A stretch of DNA of 17,620 nucleotides from assembly GCA_033762295.1 (NCBI GenBank), contig JANRLW010000063.1, positions 1-17,620 on the forward strand, in the 5' to 3' direction. Shown in pieces: positions 1 to 6,811 of the stretch (position 1 is the stretch's first letter; every line of letters starts with the position of its first letter). The DNA comes from Capsulimonadales bacterium. GTDB lineage: Bacteria > Armatimonadota > Armatimonadia > Armatimonadales > Armatimonadaceae. Made by a program: the position numbers and the translations under genes. The notes below the pieces were generated by a model. It worked only from the letters and a program-made list of their open reading frames with translations, had not been told where the DNA came from and did not search any database.

Positions 1-498
1 CCGGTAGCCGCTGAGGTAAAGGTCATCGAAGCCATCGTTGTCGTAGTCGCCCACGGCCACGCCCAGGAAATGACCCCGGAGGACGTCCAGTCCCATGGTT
101 CGGGTGGTGTCGGTGAAGCGTCCTTTCCCATCGCCACGATAGAGGGCCAGGGGCGAACCGACCAGGAGGATATCCAGGTTGCCGTCGCCGTCATAGTCCG
201 TAAAACAACAACCGTTGCCGATTCCCTGTAGTGCATTGATCGGACGTTTTCCCGGAATGGTCCATCGGTAGCGGAGTCCTGCTTGCCGGGCCACGTCGGT
301 GAAGCGTACGGAACCGGGAGGTAAGGCCCGAATCGGGGTCGGGGTCGGTTGAACGGAAGCCGAAAGCGTGGGGATAGGCTCCGGAATCCGCGTCGCCAGG
401 GAAAGACAACCCGAGAGGCAGGGGACACTTCCGACCAGAAGCAGCCAGACTATTCCAAGCCCGGAACGCTCTTTGAGTAAAGGGAAAGGCAGATTCAT
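1..498 (-). CDS. FG-GAP/VCBS-repeat protein of the CRTAC1 (ASPIC/UnbV) type, possible lipoprotein; 3' part runs off the window
   Basis: Not in the ORF track. Manual translation from ATG at 498 gives MNLPFPLLKERSGLGIVWLLLVGSVPCLSGC...VRFTDVARQAGL...GNGCCFTDYDGDGNLDILLVG...LYRGDGKGRFTDTT...GVAVGDYDNDGFDDLYLSGYR. It has two DxDxDG-type FG-GAP repeats, RFTD motifs, a hydrophobic N-terminus and an LSGC lipobox-like motif. Confidence 0.88.
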   Translation of the reverse strand, partial: MNLPFPLLKERSGLGIVWLLLVGSVPCLSGCLSLATRIPEPIPTLSASVQPTPTPIRALPPGSVRFTDVARQAGLRYRWTIPGKRPINALQGIGNGCCFTDYDGDGNLDILLVGSPLALYRGDGKGRFTDTTRTMGLDVLRGHFLGVAVGDYDNDGFDDLYLSGYR

Positions 499-530
499 CG
501 CCCCTGAATGGAAATAAGGAGAGAAGCTTA

Positions 531-566
531 GGAGCGGGACAGGAGCCGAAGTTCCTGTCCCGCTCC
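531..566 (-). terminator. Perfect 14-bp hairpin just downstream of the DUF1559 gene (terminator or mRNA-stabilising stem)
   Basis: GGAGCGGGACAGGA (531-544) pairs with TCCTGTCCCGCTCC (553-566), 8-nt loop. On the minus strand it is followed by a pyrimidine-rich stretch, not a clean poly-U tail. Confidence 0.65.
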
Positions 567-577
567 CAGGCCGGTGG

Positions 578-1426
578 TCAGGGTTTGTTCCAGTTGGCGA
601 GCTGAGTTTCGGTCAGACTGGGAAACCAGTTGGTGACACGCATGGTGCCGAAACGGAAGCCTTTGGCGTGGCCGTCGGTGAAGCACAGGTTCGTGATACC
701 TGTCCTCTCGCCCGAGCGGTTATGCCGGTAGGCAACCATCTTACAGGTGATGTTATTGTACCAGTTGAGCTTGATCGGGTCGGGGCAGGGGTCATAGCCC
801 GGCTTCTTGTCGGTCATATCGACCTTGAGCCAGTTGTAGAAGTATTCGACCGCCGCGTCGGAGTTATCCGCCGGCTTACCGGGAATGTCGACCGAGGGGC
901 GAGTGAAGTCCGTCGGAGCATTGGCGATATTTCCGTCCGACCCGAATCCGGGGATCATCTCCGCATCGAAGATAACATCCGCCGGTCTGTCGATGGCCGC
1001 CAGCGTTTTCGCGGGGAAGACCCCATCCCAGTTGGCCGAACCACCGCCCACAATCAGAGCGTTGGCTGCGTAGCTGATGTTCGCGACGCCGGTTTGCGAG
1101 TCCGACGGACAGTGCCAGATATTGTTTTTGTCCGTCAGAGCCCACTGAGAGGCGCCACTGCTCTTGATATAAGGGTTGAGAACGAAGTACCAGGTGCCGG
1201 ATTCGGACCAGGCTAACGGGAAGGTCTCATCGTAGTCCTGCACGTACATTATGACGGCAAGCCCGGTCTGTTTCATGTTGGACAGACAGGAAGTCTTGCG
1301 CGCCTGTTCACGCGCCTGAGCAAAAACAGGGAAAAGAATAGCTGCTAAAATAGCTATTATGGCGATAACAACAAGCAACTCAATCAGCGTGAACGCGTTG
1401 CTTTTAACGGGACGAGCGACAAACAT
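578..1426 (-). CDS. Prepilin-type N-terminal cleavage/methylation domain protein, DUF1559 family, with C-terminal H-X9-DG-like motif
   Basis: [43 protein letters not shown]...YVQDYDE.FP, a CPSD motif, and C-terminal RH...[10 protein letters not shown]. Strong SD AAGGAGG at 1434-1440. Confidence 0.95.
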   Translation of the reverse strand: MFVARPVKSNAFTLIELLVVIAIIAILAAILFPVFAQAREQARKTSCLSNMKQTGLAVIMYVQDYDETFPLAWSESGTWYFVLNPYIKSSGASQWALTDKNNIWHCPSDSQTGVANISYAANALIVGGGSANWDGVFPAKTLAAIDRPADVIFDAEMIPGFGSDGNIANAPTDFTRPSVDIPGKPADNSDAAVEYFYNWLKVDMTDKKPGYDPCPDPIKLNWYNNITCKMVAYRHNRSGERTGITNLCFTDGHAKGFRFGTMRVTNWFPSLTETQLANWNKP

Positions 1427-1606
1427 GATCTTTCCTCCTTCGAAAGAGGCATCCGCAGACAGTGCGGGATGCGTGCCACTCCCACCGATCCGGTGAGAGA
1501 AATTGCCTCAACCGATCAACCGATCTTCTCTGCTTTCCATGGTTCCGTACTTGCAATAAAAGCAAAGATTCCGTTCATCCTTTTCCTTCATCTCCGACCG
1601 TGAGAA

Positions 1607-2629
1607 TCAGGTTGTGTCTCCGATAATAAACTGCCCCTGCAGGACGGTTTCCTGCGGTACGTCCGATCCTTCCATGACGTCGATCAGGACCTTCACCGCC
1701 GTGGAAGCCACTTCGCTCCAGGGAGCGCGAACGGTGGTTAACCGTCGATATATTCCACGAGAGGACATCACGCCATCAAAACCAACGATCGCCAACTCCT
1801 CCGGTACACGAACGCCCATGTGGAAGCAGCATCCGAGAAGGTCGTAGGCCGTCAGATCATTCCAGCATACGGCCGCCGTCGGTCTTATCTCCGCCGGAAG
1901 AGAGAGCCAGTCCAGGTCCGCCTCGGTTATATGCGGTGCGTTGCCGGAATGCGCCACCGCGCGAATGAGGACCTCCATCCCATAGGAGGTCGCCCGCTCC
2001 AGAAAACCCTCAAGGCGATCCGAAACCGATCGCATGACCGCCGCCGATTTGGAGGTGATCGCGACCACACGATGATGGCCGCGTTCCGCCAGATGATCCG
2101 CTTGCATTCTTCCGCCGAGCCGATCATCGACAAGAACCGAGGGGAAGAACGGAACGGCATCGGTAATGGCGACGACGGACAGGGCCGACTCCGCCAGCAT
2201 CTCCACGAGCGGGTGGTTACGGGAGGTATAGAGGATCAGGCCGTCGATACGTCCGTCCGCTACCTCCGAGAAGATATCGGAGACCGCACCTCCCCGGAAA
2301 GTTCCATGTACAAGCAAGTCCTTCTCATAACGATCGCAGGCGGCCTGAAGACCGCCCAGAATCGTGGCAAGAAAGGCGTTTTCCGCATTGACATAGCCGT
2401 ACCCTCCGAAAAGACCAATGATATTGGTTCGCTTACGCCGCAGAGATATCGCGTTGGCGTTAGGACGGTATTTCAGGAGGCGAACAGCTTCGAGGACGCG
2501 AGCGCGGGTTTCTTCGGAAACGTGTTTCCGGCGTGCCGTATTCTGGCTGAGTACATTGGAGACGGTCATCGGACTGACGCCGACTCTTGCAGCGACGTCA
2601 TGTATCGTGACGTTTTTACGCCCCGCCAT
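1607..2629 (-). CDS. LacI-family transcriptional regulator
   Basis: N-terminal HTH VTIHDVAARVGVSPMTVSNVL, hinge YRPNANAISL, and effector domain with C.ND..A, VPEELAIVGFDG and LTTV motifs. Confidence 0.96.
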   Translation of the reverse strand: MAGRKNVTIHDVAARVGVSPMTVSNVLSQNTARRKHVSEETRARVLEAVRLLKYRPNANAISLRRKRTNIIGLFGGYGYVNAENAFLATILGGLQAACDRYEKDLLVHGTFRGGAVSDIFSEVADGRIDGLILYTSRNHPLVEMLAESALSVVAITDAVPFFPSVLVDDRLGGRMQADHLAERGHHRVVAITSKSAAVMRSVSDRLEGFLERATSYGMEVLIRAVAHSGNAPHITEADLDWLSLPAEIRPTAAVCWNDLTAYDLLGCCFHMGVRVPEELAIVGFDGVMSSRGIYRRLTTVRAPWSEVASTAVKVLIDVMEGSDVPQETVLQGQFIIGDTT

Positions 2630-2693
2630 AGGACTCCGTTATCCTCTTCGAAAACGTTCGTCTCTACCCTTTACTACATCAAGGTTAAAAAAT

Positions 2694-2707
2694 GTTTAAC
2701 GTTATAC
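2694..2707. promoter_or_regulatory. Candidate LacI operator GTTTAACGTTATAC
   Basis: Imperfect 14-bp palindrome (12/14 symmetric) with the central CG typical of LacI-family sites. It lies about +10 to +23 of the predicted promoter. Confidence 0.6.
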
Positions 2708-2722
2708 TAAAGGGCACACCTC

Positions 2723-2751
2723 AACATAACATAAATCGTTGCCATCGTCAA
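2723..2751 (-). promoter_or_regulatory. Sigma70-type promoter for the LacI unit
   Basis: Minus strand TTGACG (2751-2746), 17-nt spacer, TATGTT (2728-2723), preceded by a TGn extended -10. An A-tract at about 2768-2773 sits in UP-element position. Confidence 0.65.
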
Positions 2752-2812
2752 GATGGGAGAGTCATTCTTTTTTCGCGGTAGGTAAGTGAAAGGGAGACTG
2801 TTGTAAAGTTTG

Positions 2813-2833
2813 TCGGCGGCGGGTTGCCGCCGA
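2813..2833 (-). terminator. GC hairpin downstream of rfbB
   Basis: TCGGCGGC (2813-2820) pairs with GCCGCCGA (2826-2833), 5-nt loop, about 24 nt after the rfbB stop. The U-tail is weak. Confidence 0.4.
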
Positions 2834-2856
2834 ACGTTCGTGGGAGAGAATCTCCG

Positions 2857-3858
2857 TCATTTCCGGTTGGCGTACCACTTGTCATGGAAGGAGCGGTAGC
2901 CTTCGGAGTCCTTGATCTTTCGCCACCAGGATTCGTTCTCGACGTACCATTTGACGGTCTCTTCCAGACGCGCCTCGAAGTTGCGGTCGGGGGCGAAGCC
3001 GAGGGCTTCCATCTTGTGGGTGTTGAGGGAGTAACGCCGGTCGTGGCCGGGGCGGTCGGTGACGTAGCGGATCAGGCTTTCGTCCTTGCCGAGATACTGC
3101 AGAATGAGTTTGACCACCTCGATGTTATGGCGTTCGTTGCCGCCGCCGACATTGTAGACCTCACCCGGATTGCCTTTTTGGAAGGCGATGTCGATACCGG
3201 CGGCATGGTCTCCCACCCACATCCAGTCGCGGACCTGCTTGCCGTCGCCGTAGACCGGCAGCGATTTACCGTCCATCGCGTTGGTGATAAAGAGCGGGAT
3301 CATCTTCTCCGGGTAGTGGTAGGGTCCGAAGGTATTGGAACCGCGCGTGACGATGGTATGCAGGCCGAAGGTGACATGGTAGGCGCGGACGAGCAGTTCG
3401 CCGCCCGCTTTGGCCGCCGAGTAGGGCTGGTTCGGTTCGAGCGGATCGCCCTCGGTGAACTCACCATCGGTCGTTCCATATACCTCATCCGTACTTACCT
3501 GGTGGAATTTTGTATGTTTGAACTTCCGGGCGGCTTCAAGGAGGGTAAGGACGCCGGAAAAGTTGGTGGTCGCGGCGGTGTGGGGGTCGAGGATCGCCCG
3601 GTCGTTATGCGACTCGGCGGCAAAGTTCACGATGGCATCGACATTACGGGCCAGATTATCGACCAGAGCGGCATCCTCGATCCGGCCCTGAAAGAACTGG
3701 AAATTCGGGTTCTCCCACAGGCCGACGAAGTTATCGAGGTTCCCGGCATAGGTGAGCGCATCCAGAACCATGATCCGGTAGTCGGGATACCTGTCCAGCA
3801 TATAGCGCACATAGTTTGAGCCGATAAAACCCGCTCCGCCGGTTACGAGTAGTCGCAT
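2857..3858 (-). CDS. rfbB: dTDP-glucose 4,6-dehydratase
   Basis: LVTGGAGFIGSN, LTYAGN, NFAAESH.DR, VSTDEVYG, YSAAK, PEK.IP and DRPGHDRRY motifs. Confidence 0.97.
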   Translation of the reverse strand: MRLLVTGGAGFIGSNYVRYMLDRYPDYRIMVLDALTYAGNLDNFVGLWENPNFQFFQGRIEDAALVDNLARNVDAIVNFAAESHNDRAILDPHTAATTNFSGVLTLLEAARKFKHTKFHQVSTDEVYGTTDGEFTEGDPLEPNQPYSAAKAGGELLVRAYHVTFGLHTIVTRGSNTFGPYHYPEKMIPLFITNAMDGKSLPVYGDGKQVRDWMWVGDHAAGIDIAFQKGNPGEVYNVGGGNERHNIEVVKLILQYLGKDESLIRYVTDRPGHDRRYSLNTHKMEALGFAPDRNFEARLEETVKWYVENESWWRKIKDSEGYRSFHDKWYANRK

Positions 3859-3866
3859 GGTTCACT

Positions 3867-4418
3867 TTACCCCTGGGTTATTTGCCAGAACTCCGCGCCC
3901 AGGACATCCCATGGCAGGCGGTGTTCATCCGGCGCGTTGATGTCGAAGTGCTGATTGACGTAGTAAAGAATGGTTACGGGCGTCGTTCCGACATTGGCGC
4001 AACCGTGGGCGACGCCGCGCGGGATGTACAGAATCTGCGCCTTACCGCCGCCCAGCACCGGCCGCATCGTCCGGCCGTAGGTCGGTGACCCCTCGCGGAC
4101 ATCCAGCAGACCGACGACCAGACGATCGGTCGGCGGCACGAACCAGACATCCTCCTGGCTGTAGTGCAGGTGGAATGCCTTGATGGCGCCGGGAAGCACC
4201 AGCGAGTAGGAGGACTGCCGTACCCGGAACTCCGGGATCTGCAGCAGTCGCCCCTCCTCGTCGAAGCGGACGATCTCGGCGAACGCGCCCCCATCCTCCA
4301 CCATATGCCGCAGTTCGATCAGTTGGACGCCTTCGATCACGGTCTTCGGGCCGTATTCCTGGGTCGTGACCCGATCTCGAAAATCCGCCCCGATCCGTTC
4401 CCTGTTCAGTCGATTCAC
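3867..4418 (-). CDS. rfbC: dTDP-4-dehydrorhamnose 3,5-epimerase family cupin (SpsL-like subtype)
   Basis: PGAIKAFHLH..QEDVWF, D.REGSPT.G, LYIPRGVAHG and PDE.R.PWD motifs. Start reassigned from 4559 to the in-frame GTG at 4418 (GAGGA at 4429-4433). This gives 183 aa and removes a 124-nt overlap with rfbA. Confidence 0.88.
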   Translation of the reverse strand: MNRLNRERIGADFRDRVTTQEYGPKTVIEGVQLIELRHMVEDGGAFAEIVRFDEEGRLLQIPEFRVRQSSYSLVLPGAIKAFHLHYSQEDVWFVPPTDRLVVGLLDVREGSPTYGRTMRPVLGGGKAQILYIPRGVAHGCANVGTTPVTILYYVNQHFDINAPDEHRLPWDVLGAEFWQITQG

Positions 4419-4435
4419 AAGCCTGTCTTCCTCAT

Positions 4436-5302
4436 TCAAACGTTCGCTGCCAGCTGGCGAAGGTACGCCGCGTAGTCGGTCTTGCCGAGTCGGGCCGCGC
4501 GCGATAACAACCGGTCCGCGTCGATATACCCTTTTCGGTAGGCGATCTCCTCCAGACACGCCACTTTCAGGCCGCGTCGCTCCTCGATCGCCCGGATAAA
4601 ATTACTGGCTTCAAGCAACGATTCATGGGTTCCGGTATCGAGCCAGTCGATCCCCTCCATGATTTCGACGTGCAGTTTGCCATTCTCCAGATAGGTGCGG
4701 TTAACGTCGGTGATTTCAAACTCGCCCCGTGCGGACGGGCGTAGCGAGGCGGCAATATCCGTAACCTGATCGTCATAGAAATAGAGGCCGACCACCGCGA
4801 AGTTGGATTTCGGCTGTGCGGGCTTCTCCTCGATTGAGATGGCGCGACCGGCTCCGTCGAATTCGATCACGCCGTATCGTTCGGGGTCGCGCACCCGGTA
4901 GCCGAAGACGGTCGCCCCGTCCCGCGTCGCCGCCGCACGGACCAGTTGATCCGGCAGGTGATGACCGTAAAAGACGTTATCTCCCAGAATCAGGGCGACC
5001 GGTCCTCCGCCGATGAAGTCCTTGCCGATATGAAACGCCTGAGCGATACCCTCCGGACGCGCCTGCTCGGCGTAGGTGAGACGGATGCCAAACTCGTTGC
5101 CGTCTCCCAGCAGTCGCTGGTACTGCGGAAGATCGACCGGCGTCGAGATGAGCAGGATATCCCGGATATCCGCCTCCATCAGCGTCGCGATGGGGTAATA
5201 GACCATCGGTTTATCGTAAACCGGCAGCAGCTGTTTGGAAATAACCTGGGTCACCGGGTACAACCGCGTACCCGCCCCTCCGGCCGTGACAATACCCTTC
5301 AT
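4436..5302 (-). CDS. rfbA: Glucose-1-phosphate thymidylyltransferase
   Basis: [54 protein letters not shown] and WLDTGT motifs. Start placed at ATG 5302 (MKGI), matching the usual family N-terminus. Confidence 0.97.
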   Translation of the reverse strand: MKGIVTAGGAGTRLYPVTQVISKQLLPVYDKPMVYYPIATLMEADIRDILLISTPVDLPQYQRLLGDGNEFGIRLTYAEQARPEGIAQAFHIGKDFIGGGPVALILGDNVFYGHHLPDQLVRAAATRDGATVFGYRVRDPERYGVIEFDGAGRAISIEEKPAQPKSNFAVVGLYFYDDQVTDIAASLRPSARGEFEITDVNRTYLENGKLHVEIMEGIDWLDTGTHESLLEASNFIRAIEERRGLKVACLEEIAYRKGYIDADRLLSRAARLGKTDYAAYLRQLAANV

Positions 5303-5326
5303 GCCGTAAATATAACCCTCCCGTCG

Positions 5327-5332
5327 ATTATA
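5327..5332 (-). promoter_or_regulatory. Consensus -10 box upstream of rfbA
   Basis: TATAAT on the minus strand in a GC-rich context, 24 nt before the ATG and followed by GGGAGGG. No clear -35. Confidence 0.5.
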
Positions 5333-5384
5333 CACCTTCGGGAGAACGATTTCCGTCCCGATCCGAAATGGCGCGATGGCGGCG

Positions 5385-6710
5385 CTATGGCACGACCGGT
5401 ACGACGACGGTTCCGGCCCCGGCGGGAACCCCCTCCGTCGCCGTTCGACTCCGAAACCGCCAGCGGACGATATCGACCTCGAAGCACCCCCCGGACGGCG
5501 TGAGCGTCACCGGTCCCCGAAGACCCGTCTCCCCCGTCCCCCCGGTCAGTACGCAGAGGACATTGCGTCCGGCGATCAGGCGAACGTCGAACGTTTCCGC
5601 GCCGTTTCCGATCCGTTCGCCATTGAGCCAGACGACCGTTTCGTCGGTGACGGCGGCGAAGCGCAGAACGGCGTCCATCGGTTCATCGGTGGCGACGACG
5701 GCGCGGTACCAGCCGGAGGAAGCGTTCGTGGCGGCGAGGTCCTCGATCTCCGTCCAGCCGGTATCGTCGAAAGCGGGATCGGCGACCTCCGGTTCCGCGT
5801 CCGGTCGGGTCGGGAGCGGTGGCGCGTTCACATTGACATCGATCAGGGTACCGTCCGGGCGCAGAAAATACAGCGTATGGGCGCGGTCCGGAATCAGTTC
5901 GACCAGCGCGAAACTCTCCCGGTGCTCGCGCACGGCCTCCGGGCCGATCAGAACCGGATCGTTCGGGTCCTCGCTGAAGAAGGTGCGGCCGGCAAGTTCG
6001 GTGGTCAGCGCGACGACCTGCGACGGCCCGACCGGATAGACCTGCGGGGCGTCGGAGAACATCACCAGGACCGATTCGCCCCAACCGCCGCCGTAGAACA
6101 GCACGACCTCTCGCTCCTGCCCGATCTCACCGTAGACGAAGAGCCGCGCCCCGGCGTACGGATCGGGCCGCAGGTGAACGGTCAGAATCTGTGCGTCGGA
6201 CTTCACCAGCCCGGCATACGCGGAGAGGTAGCGCGATTGGGATTCGTCTCCGTCCGTCTGTCCGACCGGAGTATCATGGACGTAGGCGAAGGACTCGCGT
6301 GGGCCAAGGGTGATTTCCGGCAGATACGGGAAAACGGAACCGGTCGTGGGCCGCTCCGTGTCCGGGTTGTCGATAAAAACGATACTGCCCTGCTGGCGAG
6401 TCGCCCGTTCGATGGCACGCAGCCCGCCGGTGGCTTTCACATCGCGTTTGACCTTGCCGTTCAGAAGGATCTCTCGAAACGTCTCCGCGAAGAGAGCGAG
6501 GCGTCGCCACGCGAATCGGAGCTCGGGGGGATCGGTTTCCGAGGGCGGCGGGAGGGCTTGCGAAGCCGTCCCGTCGAAATAGGAGGACGGCGCTTCGGCC
6601 AGGAGACGGCGAAAAGCGAATTCCAGTTCGGTCACCGATCGGGGGCGGTCCGATCGTTCGTCGGTCAGGTCAGGCATGGTGGCAATCTTTCCGGGAGGCG
6701 ACGTTGCCAC
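5385..6710 (-). CDS. Hypothetical protein with a C-terminal beta-galactosidase-type jelly-roll (sugar-binding-like) domain; no catalytic domain recognised
   Basis: C-terminal DPAFDDTGW...GWYR...[20 protein letters not shown]...GRN.L.V...GL.GPVTL pattern is typical of GH2/GH35 jelly-roll modules. Start uncertain (GTG 6710 or ATG 6677). Confidence 0.65.
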   Translation of the reverse strand: MATSPPGKIATMPDLTDERSDRPRSVTELEFAFRRLLAEAPSSYFDGTASQALPPPSETDPPELRFAWRRLALFAETFREILLNGKVKRDVKATGGLRAIERATRQQGSIVFIDNPDTERPTTGSVFPYLPEITLGPRESFAYVHDTPVGQTDGDESQSRYLSAYAGLVKSDAQILTVHLRPDPYAGARLFVYGEIGQEREVVLFYGGGWGESVLVMFSDAPQVYPVGPSQVVALTTELAGRTFFSEDPNDPVLIGPEAVREHRESFALVELIPDRAHTLYFLRPDGTLIDVNVNAPPLPTRPDAEPEVADPAFDDTGWTEIEDLAATNASSGWYRAVVATDEPMDAVLRFAAVTDETVVWLNGERIGNGAETFDVRLIAGRNVLCVLTGGTGETGLRGPVTLTPSGGCFEVDIVRWRFRSRTATEGVPAGAGTVVVPVVP

Positions 6711-6718
6711 CGTAGGAA

Positions 6719-6805
6719 AGTATAGCCGAAAAACCCTGCGCCGAACAGGGGAGAGATCCTGCCCCGAGATCTCCTATTTCCGAATCGGCTGGCTTTCCGT
6801 ATAAT
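6719..6805. promoter_or_regulatory. Divergent -10 boxes
   Basis: TATACT on minus (6724-6719), 8 nt before GTG 6710. TATAAT on plus (6800-6805), 6 nt before the gatB ATG. Confidence 0.55.
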
Positions 6806-6811
6806 GAGGGC

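Noticed and set aside
191..409. 72-aa minus ORF in the track
   Set aside because: Out-of-frame overlap with the FG-GAP/CRTAC1 gene at 1-498.
2831..2840. Perfect palindrome CGAACGTTCG as a second LacI operator
   Set aside because: Short, overlaps the rfbB downstream hairpin, and its flanks do not match the main operator.
4419..4559. N-terminal extension of rfbC overlapping rfbA
   Set aside because: Arg/Pro-rich, non-homologous sequence. A better start with an SD exists at 4418.
5336..5420. Possible frameshift or read-through joining the jelly-roll gene to rfbA
   Set aside because: The rfbA frame is open upstream, but there is no slippery site or convincing homology, and a TATAAT box explains the region as a promoter.
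5376..6725. 449-aa plus-strand ORF as an alternative to the 441-aa minus ORF
   Set aside because: No motifs. The minus ORF has jelly-roll signatures and an upstream -10 box.
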